DNA of 64,000 bases from Lenisia limosa (taxonomy: Eukaryota; Protista; Breviatea): contig LPNZ01011617.1 in the NCBI GenBank assembly GCA_001655205.1, positions 13,132-77,131 of the forward strand. Reading direction: 5' to 3'. Position 1 is the first letter of the stretch. The number at the start of each line of letters is the position of its first letter. Positions 61,874-64,000 of this stretch are shown piece after piece. Made by a program: the position numbers and the translations under genes. Below the pieces are notes generated by a model, which had not been told where the DNA came from, did not search any database, and saw nothing but the letters and a program-made list of their open reading frames with translations.

Positions 61874-62168
61874 AGGGTTCGAAAAGTGGGTAAGAGAGGG
61901 TAATGAGCTTCTTGCTGGGTGCCTCCTCTCCCTGTAGATACGATGGATAGAGATGTGCGGATAGAGAGAGGCAAGAGAGAGAGCGGAGAGGCGAAGGCGG
62001 GAAGGGGGAAGCAAGTTATAGTTGTTTGTACCAGTATTTTCCCTGAGAAACAAATTTTCAAAAATTTTTTTTCCCTCTTTATCTTGTCAATAGCTTAGCA
62101 AGCTGTTTGTACATACGCTAGTGGACTGATTCCAAATTTTGGTCAGATCTATTTTTTAGTTTTTTAAA
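61874..62168. promoter_or_regulatory. Bidirectional promoter BUD13/EIF3E with a GA-rich tract; probable EIF3E 5'-UTR intron (~62107-62159)
   Basis: Divergent ATGs about 295 bp apart. agagagaggcaagagagagagcggagagg at 61962-61990. gtttgt...ttttttag lies just before ATG 62169. Confidence 0.5.
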
Positions 62169-64000
62169 ATGGCACACGATCTTACTCGCACTATGGCTCC
62201 ATTTATGGATGTCCATATGGTTTTGCCGATTTTTGACTTCCATCTGGATAGAAACGTTTGAGGGTTAAGTTAGTCAACTTTTATGAACTCTATGCTCTGT
62301 TGATCCTGTGATATTTAGTTTGTTTTTTATTTAGAGGTATTTTATCGGATTCAATGTTGATATTTTACAGGATTTCAACCACAAAGACATCAAAACGGCC
62401 AAGCTCGAGCTCCTTAAGCTTACTAATATGGTTGATTATACTTCTGAGGTCTACTGCGAGCTCAATGAAACCAGCGAGCCCCCTAAGGGTTTGTCAATTT
62501 TTTCTAGAGGTCTGTGTTTGACTTCTCAGAGTTCCTTGAGCATCGTGAACATATTTTGGAAGAATCTGAAGAGGTTAAAAAGCAGTGTGCCTCTCTCCTT
62601 GACTTATTTATCTCTGGCGAGGCTGAAGAACTTAAGAATGATAAGGTCTGCCGATTACAATGATTTCTTGGTGTATAATGATATTCTATTGCTAATATTC
62701 CAGAAATTCACAATCGAGCACTTGAAAGAATCCCACGATGTAAGTTCTAGGCTTTTAAGACTGCTTATATCAATACCGTATTTTATTTACTGACCCTAGA
62801 TTGATGAAGAGGTTGTTGAGAACCTTTATCATTATGCGAAGTTCAAGTATGAGTGCGGAGAATACGATGTCGCTGCTGATCTACTGGAGAACTTCAATCA
62901 TCTTACCACTAACAAGGACCATTCTTTCAAGTTGGCGCCAGATTTTTTTTTTTCTTATTCTCATCCTACATCTCATTTTCCTCATCCTCCTAGTGCTCTT
63001 TGGGGTAAAATTGCCTGCCATGTTCTTCAGGAGCAGTGGGATGTCGCCATTGAGGACTTGACTCGCATTCGCAACTACATTGACTCAAGAGTTTGAGGAT
63101 GATCTCGTTTTGTTGGGAGTTTTGTGGATTCTCCGTATTTGGTTTGAATGTGCAACCATATTGGACACTGTACCATCCCTGCAGCAATGACCCTTCAGAC
63201 GAACTCTCCTATTGTACAGCTCCAGCAACGCTCATGGGTGCTCCACTGGGCACTTTTCATCTACTTCAAACACCCTCAAGGCCCTAACCTCGCCATTGAC
63301 CTCTTCTTCCAATCCAAGTATGTACCTCCTTTGGTTGCTTCTATTTTTAATTATTATTATTTTTTTTCTTTGTTTCTCTATTTTGTTTCCCCAATCAAAA
63401 ACAGAATTTTANNNNNNNNNNNNNNNNNNNNNNNNNNNNNNNNNNNNNNNNNNNNNNNNNNNNNNNNNNNNNNNNNNNNNNNNNNNNNNNNNNNNNNNNN
63501 NNNNNNNNNNNNNNNNNNNNNNNNNNNNNNNNNNNNNNNNNNNNNNNNNNNNNNNNNNNNNNNNNNNNNNNNNNNNNNNNNNNNNNNNNNNNNNNNNNNN
63601 NNNNNNNNNNNNNNNNNNNNNNNGTCATCACTAACATGCGCCGCCGCTCAACGCTCAAGGAGCTTGTCAAGGTGACTTAGTCAATGTTTTTTGTTTTGTT
63701 TTCGCTGCTCTTCTGAACCTCTCAGGTTGTCTCTCAGGAGGCCTATAACTACAGTGATCCTATCACTGAGTTCCTCATTGCTCTCTACGCCGACTTCAAC
63801 TTTGACGAAGCTCTGAAAAAGCTCAAGGAGTGTGACGAGGTTGGAACTCTCCGGGACTTTGTCATCATTCATTGCTATTATCACAGCCTTATTTTATCTC
63901 TCATCTCTAACTCAATACCTAGGTTCTTGCCTCTGACTTCTTCCTCCATGGACTCCGCGCTGAGTTCATTGAAAACGCGCGTCTCTTTGTCTTTGAGACC
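62169..64000 (+). CDS. EIF3E: Eukaryotic translation initiation factor 3 subunit E (3' partial)
   Basis: [22 protein letters not shown]; [14 protein letters not shown]; [14 protein letters not shown]; ALWGKIA; [16 protein letters not shown]; [12 protein letters not shown]. Confidence 0.97.

Overview
Draft eukaryotic genomic DNA (about 40% GC, 20 or so N-gaps, standard genetic code). It is gene-dense and intron-rich, with mostly 40-150 nt GT-AG introns, which fits a unicellular eukaryote. An amoebozoan-like source is only a guess. No prokaryotic features, CRISPR arrays or rRNA were found. Manual splicing supports these genes: a 5'-partial TRANK1-like SF1 helicase/TPR gene, an ADAM-like membrane protein, tRNA-Phe(GAA), WDR75/UTP17, RAD51B, METTL18, a Glu-rich IQ-repeat protein, a DUF4787 protein, a flotillin, MED1, PDPK1, PPP4R1, BUD13, a 3'-partial EIF3E and four orphan multi-exon genes. 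Mobile DNA comprises a 5'-truncated, 5'-inverted RNase H-bearing LINE head-to-head with the tRNA, a Tc1/mariner-type MITE, a PIF/Harbinger deletion derivative and a possible decayed Transib-like fragment in an oversized intron. The most notable observations are: (1) the tRNA-upstream LINE, whose inversion junction rebuilds exactly; (2) a prodomain-less ADAM with no zinc ligands, fused to TSP1 and a TM helix; (3) intronic G-runs after donors versus C-runs before acceptors; (4) one-repeat-per-micro-exon arrays in two genes. All family calls come from remembered motifs, not database searches, and many gene ends are approximate.
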